A DNA stretch of 32,000 nt, taken from Burkholderiales bacterium GJ-E10. Lineage in GTDB: Bacteria; Pseudomonadota; Gammaproteobacteria; Burkholderiales; Burkholderiaceae_F. The notes beneath the pieces are model-generated. The model was given only the letters and a program-made list of their open reading frames with translations. It did no database searches and was not told the origin of the DNA. Positions 8,410 through 20,124 of the stretch are shown here, one piece after another. The stretch is taken from contig AP014683.1 in the NCBI GenBank assembly GCA_000828975.1, positions 355,520 to 387,519 on the forward strand, written 5' to 3'. Positions within the stretch are counted from its first letter, which is position 1, and each line of letters begins with the position of its first letter. A program made the position numbers and the translations under genes.

Positions 8410-11028
8410 ATGCTCCGGGGATCGGGCCAGATCGGAGGCGCGTTGGGTTTTGCCGTTATCCCACTTCGTCAGTCCGCGCTGGAATCTACGCTTCAGCAGG
8501 AAGCGTTCGAACATCTTCCTCTGGCCTGCGTCTGTCTGAATGCTTCGGCGCAGATTCTCGCCGCCAATCGTGCGTTCGCGCGAATGGTCGGAGCCGCCGA
8601 GGGTGGACTCGTCGGGAGCAACCTTGCCGAATTGCCGCTCGTTGCACGCCCGCGGGCGTTCCCGCGGCGCTGGTCCCGGTTCTGGATTCGCCTCCTCGAG
8701 CGTAGAGCGATGGCCCTGCGTCTCCGCGGGGGAGCGCTGCGCGGCAAGCGCCTGACGCTCCATATCTCCGCATCGATGCCGCGCAGCGACGGCGAGTTGA
8801 TCGCCGTTTTGCTGATTCGCGAGTCCGGCATGGATGCCGCGGTGCGCCTGGGGGCGGCGCAGTCGGCTGCATATGCCGACCCGGCGGTGGTGGCGACCGC
8901 TCTATTGGCGCCGGATCGACGTGTCTTGACGGCGGCGGGGCGGATAGGCGGTTTTCTGGGGGTGCGTCCCGCCGAGGCCCAAGGCGTGCCGTTCGAATAC
9001 CTGCTGGACGAAGCGACGGCGCGGGAGTTTCTGCTTGCGGTCGATGGGCTGCCGTCCCGCCCGATCCGCGCGGAGGTCACGCTTTCCGGAATGATGCGAA
9101 ATATTGCCGAGGGCGCGGCGGCGCGGCGCATCGCCCTGACGGTGACGAATTTCGTCGGGGTCGTGGGGATCGATGGCCTCCTGGTGCAGGTGCGCGATGC
9201 GGGGGAGGAGGGCGCCGTGCCGGCGCCCGCCAGCCGCCTTGGGGACCGCCTCCTGCAGATGACGGTGCAGTCCCATGCGGATTTCCTGCAGTCCCTCGCC
9301 GGAGTCCTGCAGTCGAGCGCCGACGCTCTGCGGACGTCGATCGTGGGATTCTGGCGAACCGATCGGACATCGGGAAAGCTGGTGTGCGAGGCGGTGTACT
9401 CGCGGCCGGAACAACGGTTGCTGCGCGACTGGGTCGGGATGCCGTTCCCGGAGGTCGGCGTCGTCGAGCCGATGGCGCGCCTGCACGATCGCGCCCCACT
9501 GGCGCTGGGTGACCTTGGACGGGATGACGCGGGCCGAAGGGGGGCGCGATGGCGCGGGATCCGCGCATTCCTGTCCGCGCCGGTCCTGATCGAGGGCGAA
9601 CCCGCCGGGGTGATCGCCGCGGCCGATACGGTGCCGCGGCGCTGGACGGACGAGGAGGTGGGCTTCGTCGCGAGCGCCGGGCTCATGGTTTCGCTGACCC
9701 TGGAGGCGGCCCAGCGCGCCGAAGTCGAGGGTCGGGTCGAGCAACTGGCCTGGTATGACGCGCTCACCGGACTGCCGAACCGCAACCTCCTCCGGGAGTC
9801 GTTGCGGGATGCCCTGTCGTCGGCCGCCGAAAACAAGACACGGGTCGGCGTACTGCTCATCGACCTGGACCGCTTCAAGGATGTCAACGACACGCTCGGC
9901 CATCTGGTCGGCGACTCCCTGATCAAGTCGGTTGCGGACACCCTTCGCCAGGTCGCGGGCGGGGAGGCGGTGGCGCGGCTGGGCGGCGACGAGTTCGTCG
10001 TCGTCTATGACGGGTTCTCGCATCGCCAGGAAGTAGCGCATCTTGCCGCGCAGGTCGCGGGGGCGCTTCATCGCAGTGATTTCGTTCCCAACGTCATGGC
10101 GCAGGTTTCGGCGTCGATCGGCGTGGCCTTGTATCCGGAGCACGGTCGGGAAATCGGCACCCTGCTCAAGTACGCGGACGCCGCCATGTATCAGGCCAAG
10201 CGCGACGGCGGGAACCAGGTGCGCTTCTTCAATCCCATCCGGTACGAGCGGGAGGCCCAGGAATTGCGCCTGGGCGTGGAACTGGCACGGGCGGTGCAGG
10301 CCGACTCGCCCCAGCTCTTCCTCGAGTACCAGCCGCAGGTCGACATGACCACGCGCCGGGTCGTGGGCCTGGAGGCGCTCGTGCGTTGGCGCCACCCCGT
10401 TCGGGGCGTCCTGATGCCCGATCGGTTCATCGAGGCGGCGGAAACGGGCAGGTTGTCCGAGCGGATCACGTCCTGGGTCGTGCATGAGGCCTGCGCCCAG
10501 ATCGTGCGGTGGCGTCAGGCTCACCCCCAATTCGACATTCCGATCGCGGTCAACGTCGCCGGCCGGGAGTTCGGCTCCAATACCTTGCCGGCGTTGGTGC
10601 GCTCCGCCCTGGCGCGCTTCAACGTCGACCCCCGGATGATCAATCTGGAGGTGACCGAACGCACGGTCATCCGCGACGGCGAAGCCGACAACGACGTCAT
10701 CGGGGAACTGCGTGCCCTGGGCGTCGGCCTGGTGCTGGACGACTTTGGAACCGGCTATTCGACACTCGGCTATCTCCGGCGCCTGCCGATCCGGGCGATC
10801 AAGATCGATCGCATGTTCGTCGAGGGCCTGCCGCACGACCCGGACGGCTGCGCCATCGTGCATGCGCTGCTCGCCGTCGCGCGCCATTTCCGCCTCGCCG
10901 TGGTCGCCGAGGGGGTGGAGCGGGAGGAACAAGCGGGGTATCTCCATGCCCAGGGTTGCGCCTATGCCCAGGGAAACCTGTTTGCCCGTCCGATGTCTGC
11001 GGCCGAAATCGAGGGTCTGATCGCCTAG
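8410..11028 (+). CDS. PAS-GAF-GGDEF-EAL signalling protein (diguanylate cyclase/phosphodiesterase)
   Basis: The ORF is open from 8353 (TTG); the first ATG is at 8410. It has a PAS-like N-terminus and a GAF-like region (SAPVLIEGEPAGVIAAAD). The GGDEF site is intact (RLGGDEFVVV). EAL-domain motifs are present (EALVRW, DDFGTGYS, AEGVE). The start is uncertain. Confidence 0.85.
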   Translation: MLRGSGQIGGALGFAVIPLRQSALESTLQQEAFEHLPLACVCLNASAQILAANRAFARMVGAAEGGLVGSNLAELPLVARPRAFPRRWSRFWIRLLERRAMALRLRGGALRGKRLTLHISASMPRSDGELIAVLLIRESGMDAAVRLGAAQSAAYADPAVVATALLAPDRRVLTAAGRIGGFLGVRPAEAQGVPFEYLLDEATAREFLLAVDGLPSRPIRAEVTLSGMMRNIAEGAAARRIALTVTNFVGVVGIDGLLVQVRDAGEEGAVPAPASRLGDRLLQMTVQSHADFLQSLAGVLQSSADALRTSIVGFWRTDRTSGKLVCEAVYSRPEQRLLRDWVGMPFPEVGVVEPMARLHDRAPLALGDLGRDDAGRRGARWRGIRAFLSAPVLIEGEPAGVIAAADTVPRRWTDEEVGFVASAGLMVSLTLEAAQRAEVEGRVEQLAWYDALTGLPNRNLLRESLRDALSSAAENKTRVGVLLIDLDRFKDVNDTLGHLVGDSLIKSVADTLRQVAGGEAVARLGGDEFVVVYDGFSHRQEVAHLAAQVAGALHRSDFVPNVMAQVSASIGVALYPEHGREIGTLLKYADAAMYQAKRDGGNQVRFFNPIRYEREAQELRLGVELARAVQADSPQLFLEYQPQVDMTTRRVVGLEALVRWRHPVRGVLMPDRFIEAAETGRLSERITSWVVHEACAQIVRWRQAHPQFDIPIAVNVAGREFGSNTLPALVRSALARFNVDPRMINLEVTERTVIRDGEADNDVIGELRALGVGLVLDDFGTGYSTLGYLRRLPIRAIKIDRMFVEGLPHDPDGCAIVHALLAVARHFRLAVVAEGVEREEQAGYLHAQGCAYAQGNLFARPMSAAEIEGLIA

Positions 11029-11066
11029 GGCGCGGTCCTCGCCTGCGCCGGGCGCCTTGCCGGCCC

Positions 11067-11087
11067 CGCGCAAAGCGCGATTTTTTT
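11067..11087 (+). terminator. Possible short intrinsic terminator after the GGDEF-EAL gene
   Basis: CGCGC-AAA-GCGCG hairpin followed by A and T7. The stem is short (5 bp). The T-run overlaps the AT-rich region upstream of the rrn promoter. Confidence 0.35.
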
Positions 11088-11139
11088 CCTTTTTATATCA
11101 AATGGTTGCAAAGGCTTCCAGAGAGGGCCATTTTCCAAT

Positions 11140-11168
11140 TTGACAGGACTCTTTCTCATCCCCATAAT
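11140..11168 (+). promoter_or_regulatory. rrn operon promoter (sigma70-type)
   Basis: TTGACA (11140-11145), a 17-nt spacer, then CATAAT (11163-11168). An AT-rich UP-element-like tract lies upstream (TTTTTTTCCTTTTTATATCAAAT, about 11081-11103). The promoter is about 250 nt upstream of 16S. Confidence 0.6.
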
Positions 11169-11233
11169 CTCGTTTCTCTGCTGCTCGCGCTGCAAAACGC
11201 AAGTGCCCCTGGTACTTGCCTGGCCGGTGGCGG

Positions 11234-11246
11234 TGTTCTTTAACAA
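11234..11246 (+). promoter_or_regulatory. boxA antitermination element (leader)
   Basis: TGTTCTTTAACAA versus the E. coli rrn boxA consensus TGCTCTTTAACAA. Confidence 0.65.
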
Positions 11247-11250
11247 GAGA

Positions 11251-11276
11251 AACAACCGATAAGCGTGGGCGCTTGA
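11251..11276 (+). other. 16S precursor processing stem, 5' arm
   Basis: AACAACCGATAAGCGTGGGCGCTTGA is complementary to 12971-12996 (TCAAGCGTCCACACTTATCGGTTGTT): 24 Watson-Crick pairs, 1 G-U and 1 mismatch by hand. This is the typical RNase III stem bracketing 16S. Confidence 0.7.
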
Positions 11277-11420
11277 TGGGTAGGCGCAACCGCACGACGG
11301 TCCCGGTTCCGGGTTCGTTGGCGGATTGTCTCAACTCAAAGAGTAGCTCACGGATTGAAGTAACGATCAATTCCGCGAGCATAGAAAGCGGACGTACGTA
11401 AGTATGTTTGCTAAGGATTT

Positions 11421-12954
<1,534 letters not shown>

Positions 12955-12970
12955 GAGATCGCGCCTCGAT

Positions 12971-12996
12971 TCAAGCGTCCACACTTATCGGTTGTT
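12971..12996 (+). other. 16S precursor processing stem, 3' arm
   Basis: Complement of 11251-11276 (see that feature). Confidence 0.7.
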
Positions 12997-13080
12997 CATG
13001 TCCAAGGCAGGGTCGGAGAATGGCGCGACATTCGGCGCGCATAGCGCAAGCGCTGTTGGCCTGAGGAATCGATGATTCTA

Positions 13081-13157
13081 GGGTCTGTAGCTCAGCCGGT
13101 TAGAGCACCGTCTTGATAAGGCGGGGGTCGTTGGTTCGAATCCAACCAGACCCACCA
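13081..13157 (+). tRNA. tRNA-Ile (anticodon GAU)
   Basis: GGGTCTGTAGCTCAGCCGGTTAGAGCACCGTCTTGATAAGGCGGGGGTCGTTGGTTCGAATCCAACCAGACCCACCA. The acceptor stem GGGTCTG/CAGACCC pairs, the anticodon loop is CTTGATAAG, and CCA is encoded. Confidence 0.97.
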
Positions 13158-13178
13158 GCGTCTCGCGTCTCGCTTGAC

Positions 13179-13254
13179 GGGGGTGTAGCTCAGTTGGGAG
13201 AGCGCCTGCTTTGCAAGCAGGAGGTCATCGGTTCGATCCCGTTCACCTCCACCA
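13179..13254 (+). tRNA. tRNA-Ala (anticodon UGC)
   Basis: GGGGGTGTAGCTCAGTTGGGAGAGCGCCTGCTTTGCAAGCAGGAGGTCATCGGTTCGATCCCGTTCACCTCCACCA. It has the G3:U70 identity pair, the anticodon loop CTTTGCAAG, and an encoded CCA. Confidence 0.97.
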
Positions 13255-13329
13255 CTGCAGCCTTGTCGGAGTTCATGCGCGATGGCATTCGGTGCCATGG
13301 CGCCTGACCTCCGGGTCTGGACAGAATCT

Positions 13330-13342
13330 CGTTCTTTAACAA
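13330..13342 (+). promoter_or_regulatory. boxA antitermination element (16S-23S spacer)
   Basis: CGTTCTTTAACAA, the second boxA-like copy, lies between tRNA-Ala and 23S. Confidence 0.6.
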
Positions 13343-13477
13343 TTCGAAGAAGCAAAGCGCATCGGCTCTTGATATGAGAGGAGCCGATGCCGGGTTGAAT
13401 TATTGCATTCAAACTCTCAGCAACTTGAGAAACAGCAAATCGTCGCGACATGACGGACCGGAGACGGCACCGTTATA

Positions 13478-16357
<2,880 letters not shown>

Positions 16358-16502
16358 ATAACCGTGCTGCCTCCCTCGAGGTGTTGGGGTGAGAGTGCAA
16401 TCAACCAGGTCTGTTCCGAATCGGAACAGACGCTTGCTTCCTTCGAATTGGATCGTTCGTACGCGCCGGTTTCCGGCGCGCGACGAAAGGTCGTCCGTCT
16501 TC

Positions 16503-16620
16503 AGCCTGATGACCATAGCGAGGTGGAACCACTCCTTCCCATCCCGAACAGGACAGTGAAACGCCTCAGCGCCGATGATAGTGGGATGTATTTCCTGTGA
16601 AAGTAGGACATCGTCAGGCT
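16503..16620 (+). rRNA. rrf: 5S ribosomal RNA
   Basis: AGCCTGATGACCATAGCGAGGTGG...CCGAACAGGACAGTGAAACGCC...GTAGGACATCGTCAGGCT. Helix I (AGCCTGATGAC/GTCGTCAGGCT) pairs fully. The sequence aligns to E. coli 5S by eye. Ends are good to +/- 2 nt. Confidence 0.9.
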
Positions 16621-16640
16621 AACCTTACTTGGTGAGAGAG

Positions 16641-16665
16641 AAAAACCCCGCGGTGCGGGGTTTTT
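16641..16665 (+). terminator. rrn operon rho-independent terminator
   Basis: AAAAACCCCGC-GGT-GCGGGGTTTTT, then CGCTTTT. A GC-rich stem is flanked by an A-run and a T-run, about 20 nt after 5S. Confidence 0.75.
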
Positions 16666-16755
16666 CGCTTTTCTCGTGTCAATCATGACACCGATTCCCG
16701 GAAGAACCGCACCGCGACTACGCGATCCGTGCCCTTCCGCACTCGAAAGCAAATC

Positions 16756-18117
16756 ATGTCGTTTGAATCCCTTGGGCTAGGCGAGGCGCTCGTGCGCGCG
16801 GTCGCGGATGCGGGCTATACGGAGCCCACCCCGATCCAGCGGGAGGCGATCCCTGCCGTGTTGAGCGGTGGCGACCTGTTGGCCGGAGCACAGACCGGTA
16901 CCGGCAAGACTGCATCGTTCGTTCTTCCGATTCTCGAGCGCCTCCATCGCGCGGGCGACGCGCCGCAGGAAGGGCGCCGCAATGGACGCCGGATCCGGGC
17001 GCTGATCCTGGCACCGACGCGCGAGCTGGCGGCCCAGGTGGAGCAGAGCGTCCGCGAATACGGAAAGTACTCCCCGCTGCAGTCCCTGGCGGTGTTCGGG
17101 GGCGTGTCGATCAATCCGCAGATCGAACGACTGCGCCGCGGTGTGGACATCCTGGTGGCGACCCCCGGGCGGCTGCTGGACCACCACAGCCAGCGGACGA
17201 TCGATCTTTCCGGCATCGAGATCCTCGTTCTGGACGAAGCCGACCGCATGCTGGACATGGGGTTCATTCATGACATCCGCCGGGTGCTGGCGATCCTGCC
17301 GAAGAAGCGGCAGAGCCTGCTGTTCTCGGCGACGTTTGCCGAGCCGGTCCGGGTCCTGGCGGAATCCTTGCTGCACACGCCCAAGCGAATCCAGGTGACG
17401 CCGAAGAACACGACGGTGGATGCGGTCAACCAGGTCGTGGTGCCGGTCGACGCTGCGCGGAAGGCGGACCTGCTGGAGCACCTGATCCGCGAAGGAAACT
17501 GGTTCCAGGTGCTGGTGTTCACGCGAACCAAGCACGGTGCGAACAAGCTCGCGACCCGCCTGGAAAAGTGCGGGATCAGTGCGCTCGCCATTCACGGCAA
17601 CAAGAGTCAGAACGCGCGGACGCGCGCGCTGCAGGAATTCAAGAGCGGATCGCTGCAGGTCTTGGTGGCCACCGATATTGCGGCGCGAGGGCTGGATATC
17701 GAGCAGCTCCCGCACGTGGTGAACTTTGAACTGCCCATGGTCGCAGAGGACTACGTCCACCGGATCGGCCGCACCGGTCGGGCGGGCGCAACCGGGGAGG
17801 CGATATCGCTCGTGGCAGTGGATGAGGCGCCACGCCTGCACGATATCGAACGCCTGACGAAACGCGATCTCCCGCGGCGCACCGTTGCCGGATTCGAGCC
17901 CGAACGGCCGCTGCCCCAGGCCGGCTCCGGCGGCGCGCGGAAGCGGAGCGATTCCCGCCCCGCGGCCAATCGCGGTCCGAATCATCCCCCTGCGCGCGCG
18001 GGAGGCCGCGTTCCCGCGGCCGGAGGAGCGCGACACGACGGAGGCGGGCGCTCCGGCGCGGGCCGCCGCCACGGCGAAAAGAGCGGGGAAAGACGCGCAA
18101 ACCGGACCACCGGCTGA
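16756..18117 (+). CDS. rhlE: ATP-dependent DEAD-box RNA helicase
   Basis: Starts MSFESLGL. Motifs present: Q-motif region (TEPTPIQ), [10 protein letters not shown], Ia [34 protein letters not shown] and [12 protein letters not shown]. It has an Arg/Gly-rich basic C-terminal tail typical of RhlE. The ORF is open from 16729, but the ATG at 16756 matches the canonical N-terminus. Confidence 0.9.
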   Translation: MSFESLGLGEALVRAVADAGYTEPTPIQREAIPAVLSGGDLLAGAQTGTGKTASFVLPILERLHRAGDAPQEGRRNGRRIRALILAPTRELAAQVEQSVREYGKYSPLQSLAVFGGVSINPQIERLRRGVDILVATPGRLLDHHSQRTIDLSGIEILVLDEADRMLDMGFIHDIRRVLAILPKKRQSLLFSATFAEPVRVLAESLLHTPKRIQVTPKNTTVDAVNQVVVPVDAARKADLLEHLIREGNWFQVLVFTRTKHGANKLATRLEKCGISALAIHGNKSQNARTRALQEFKSGSLQVLVATDIAARGLDIEQLPHVVNFELPMVAEDYVHRIGRTGRAGATGEAISLVAVDEAPRLHDIERLTKRDLPRRTVAGFEPERPLPQAGSGGARKRSDSRPAANRGPNHPPARAGGRVPAAGGARHDGGGRSGAGRRHGEKSGERRANRTTG

Positions 18118-18186
18118 CCGCCCGTTTCCGTACGCTGAGGCAATTCCAAGGTCCAGCAGGGCGCGGAGCGCGCCCGCGGAGTTGCC

Positions 18187-18834
18187 ATGGCGGAGTTCGA
18201 CGAGTCTGCGAACCGACTCACTCTGAAGCTCGTCTACTACGGGCCGGCGCTGAGCGGAAAGACGACGAACCTCCTGCAGTTGCATGACCGGCTTGCCCCG
18301 CCGGTGAAAGGGGAGGTGATGAGCCTCGATACGCGAGGCGATCGCACGCTCTTTTTCGATCTCCTCCCGATCGGGGCACGCTTGCCGGACGGCCTGCTGC
18401 TGAGGGTGAAGGTATATACCGTGCCGGGCCAGGTCGCCCACGACGGGACGCGCAAGGCGGTCCTGTCGCGGGCCGACGGCGTGGCGTTCGTCGCCGACTC
18501 GCAGCGCGGCCAAAGCATCAACAACGGCGAATCGTTCGAGAATCTCGCAGCGAACTGCGCGCGGGTCGGAATCGACTTCGACACGTTGCCGCTGGTCGTG
18601 CAGTACAACAAGCGGGATTTGCCGGGCGTCCTCACCGAAGCCGAAATCGAGGCGCGCTGGCATGGCGCTGCGTGGCCCCTGATGTTCGCATCGGCGGTTG
18701 CCGGGCAAGGCGTGTCCGAGACCTTCGCGGCATTGCTGCAGGCGGTTCTTGGACGCCACCATGCCGAAGGCGGACGGCTCCACCGGTGCGTTCCCGACGG
18801 CCGGGAAGTGCTGGAGGCGTTGGGGCTGGCATGA
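18187..18834 (+). CDS. mglA: MglA-family Ras-like small GTPase
   Basis: 215 aa. Diagnostic blocks align with Myxococcus xanthus MglA, recalled from memory: KLVYYGPALSGKTTNL (P-loop), DRTLFFDLLP (intrinsic Arg53), YTVPGQV (Gln82), VADSQ and QYNKRDL (NKxD). A GGAG Shine-Dalgarno lies 5 nt upstream of the ATG. Confidence 0.85.
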   Translation: MAEFDESANRLTLKLVYYGPALSGKTTNLLQLHDRLAPPVKGEVMSLDTRGDRTLFFDLLPIGARLPDGLLLRVKVYTVPGQVAHDGTRKAVLSRADGVAFVADSQRGQSINNGESFENLAANCARVGIDFDTLPLVVQYNKRDLPGVLTEAEIEARWHGAAWPLMFASAVAGQGVSETFAALLQAVLGRHHAEGGRLHRCVPDGREVLEALGLA

Positions 18835-20108
18835 AGGAAATCCGCTCATCCAGCGAGGTTTCGCCGCCGGCCGTCGCCGCGCCCGGACCTCGGTTCGATC
18901 GCGATCGGAGCCTGCACGAACTCCTGGACGACCTGCCGATGCCGCAGATCGGTGCGGCGATCGAACAGCTGTGCGGCCCCTATGTCCTGGTCGACGGCGC
19001 GGGTTCCGTTCATACCCGCCGGGGAGTGATCGCGATCGAGTACGCCGAGATCCCGATCCGGTGGCAGGCCGAGCCGATCGGGTTCCTGCGCGCCTCGGTT
19101 TCCGTCGAACCCGCCGCCCTGCGCAGCGCCGCCGACCTGCTGGAGGCGATCATCGCGTCGGCGGCGCGCTATGCCATGGCACGGGATCTCCACAGCGAGG
19201 CCGTCGCCGCCGATTTCGATGCCCTTCAGCGCAAACACGCGCAGCTCGCCGCGTCCGAGGCACGATATCGCGACCTGGCCGCAAGCCTGGAACGGCGGGT
19301 TGCAGACCAGGTGAAGGCCCTCGACAACGGCTACCGCCAGGTCTACCGTTCCGAGAAACTGGCATCGGTCGGCCGACTCGCCGCCGGTGTCGCCCATGAG
19401 ATCAACAACCCGATCGGCTTCGTGCGCAGCAACCTTGCCACCGCGCGCGGATATGTCGAGAAGTTCGGATCGGTGGGGGCGGCGTTGCGGGAAGGACGGG
19501 CAGGCGAAGCGGAGGGTCGATGGCGCGAATCCGACCTCGACTACATCCTGGAAGACTTTTCCGCGTTGATCGAGGAAAGCATCGCCGGCGCCGACCGGAT
19601 TGCGGCCATCGTCGGCGACCTGCGGCGCGCGGCCAATATCGACCGCGCCGAGGAAGCGCTCGCTGACGTCAACGAGCTCGTGCGCGCTGCCGTGGCACTT
19701 GCGTCGAACGGCGCCGCGGCGCATCCCCGCCTCGCGCTTCAGCTCCGGAACGTCCCGCCGATCCGCTGCCGGCCGGCGCAGATCAGCGAACTGATTCGGA
19801 ATCTTCTATCCAATTCGATCGCCGCGATCCAGTCGGGCGGGGAGGTCACGGTGCGTACCGAAATGGCCGATTCCTGCCTCGTTCTGGAAGTGATCGATAC
19901 CGGCGAGGGGATCGCACCGGAGACGCTCCCCCGGGTATTCGACCCCTTCTTCACCACCCGTGCCATCGGCCAAGGCACCGGCCTTGGGCTGACCGTATGC
20001 CGGGACATCGTTGAGGCGCACGAGGGAACGATCGATCTAGCCAGCGCGCCGGGGCGCGGAACCACCGTGACCGTGCGCATCCCTGCAGGATGGACAGGCG
20101 GAAGCTAG
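18831..20108 (+). CDS. Soluble sensor histidine kinase (uncharacterised N-terminal domain, coiled coil, HisKA, HATPase_c)
   Basis: The ATG at 18831 overlaps the mglA stop (ATGA). No TM segments are seen. H-box: EKLASVGRLAAGVAHEINNPIGFV. N-box: LIRNLLSNSIAAI. G-boxes: VIDTGEGI and GQGTGLGL. The upstream part of the 478-aa track ORF overlaps mglA and was discarded. Confidence 0.85.
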   Translation: MKEIRSSSEVSPPAVAAPGPRFDRDRSLHELLDDLPMPQIGAAIEQLCGPYVLVDGAGSVHTRRGVIAIEYAEIPIRWQAEPIGFLRASVSVEPAALRSAADLLEAIIASAARYAMARDLHSEAVAADFDALQRKHAQLAASEARYRDLAASLERRVADQVKALDNGYRQVYRSEKLASVGRLAAGVAHEINNPIGFVRSNLATARGYVEKFGSVGAALREGRAGEAEGRWRESDLDYILEDFSALIEESIAGADRIAAIVGDLRRAANIDRAEEALADVNELVRAAVALASNGAAAHPRLALQLRNVPPIRCRPAQISELIRNLLSNSIAAIQSGGEVTVRTEMADSCLVLEVIDTGEGIAPETLPRVFDPFFTTRAIGQGTGLGLTVCRDIVEAHEGTIDLASAPGRGTTVTVRIPAGWTGGS

Positions 20109-20124
20109 GCGGAACCCCCCCATC

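Noticed and set aside
8902-11073. 723-aa minus-strand ORF, plus a 482-aa ORF at 8493-9941.
   Set aside because: Both are antisense to the PAS-GAF-GGDEF-EAL gene, whose GGDEF and EAL motifs are unambiguous. This is an artefact of GC-rich codon structure.
16777-18849. 690-aa minus-strand ORF.
   Set aside because: It is antisense to both rhlE (all DEAD-box motifs present) and the mglA homologue. It spans an intergenic region and has no motifs.
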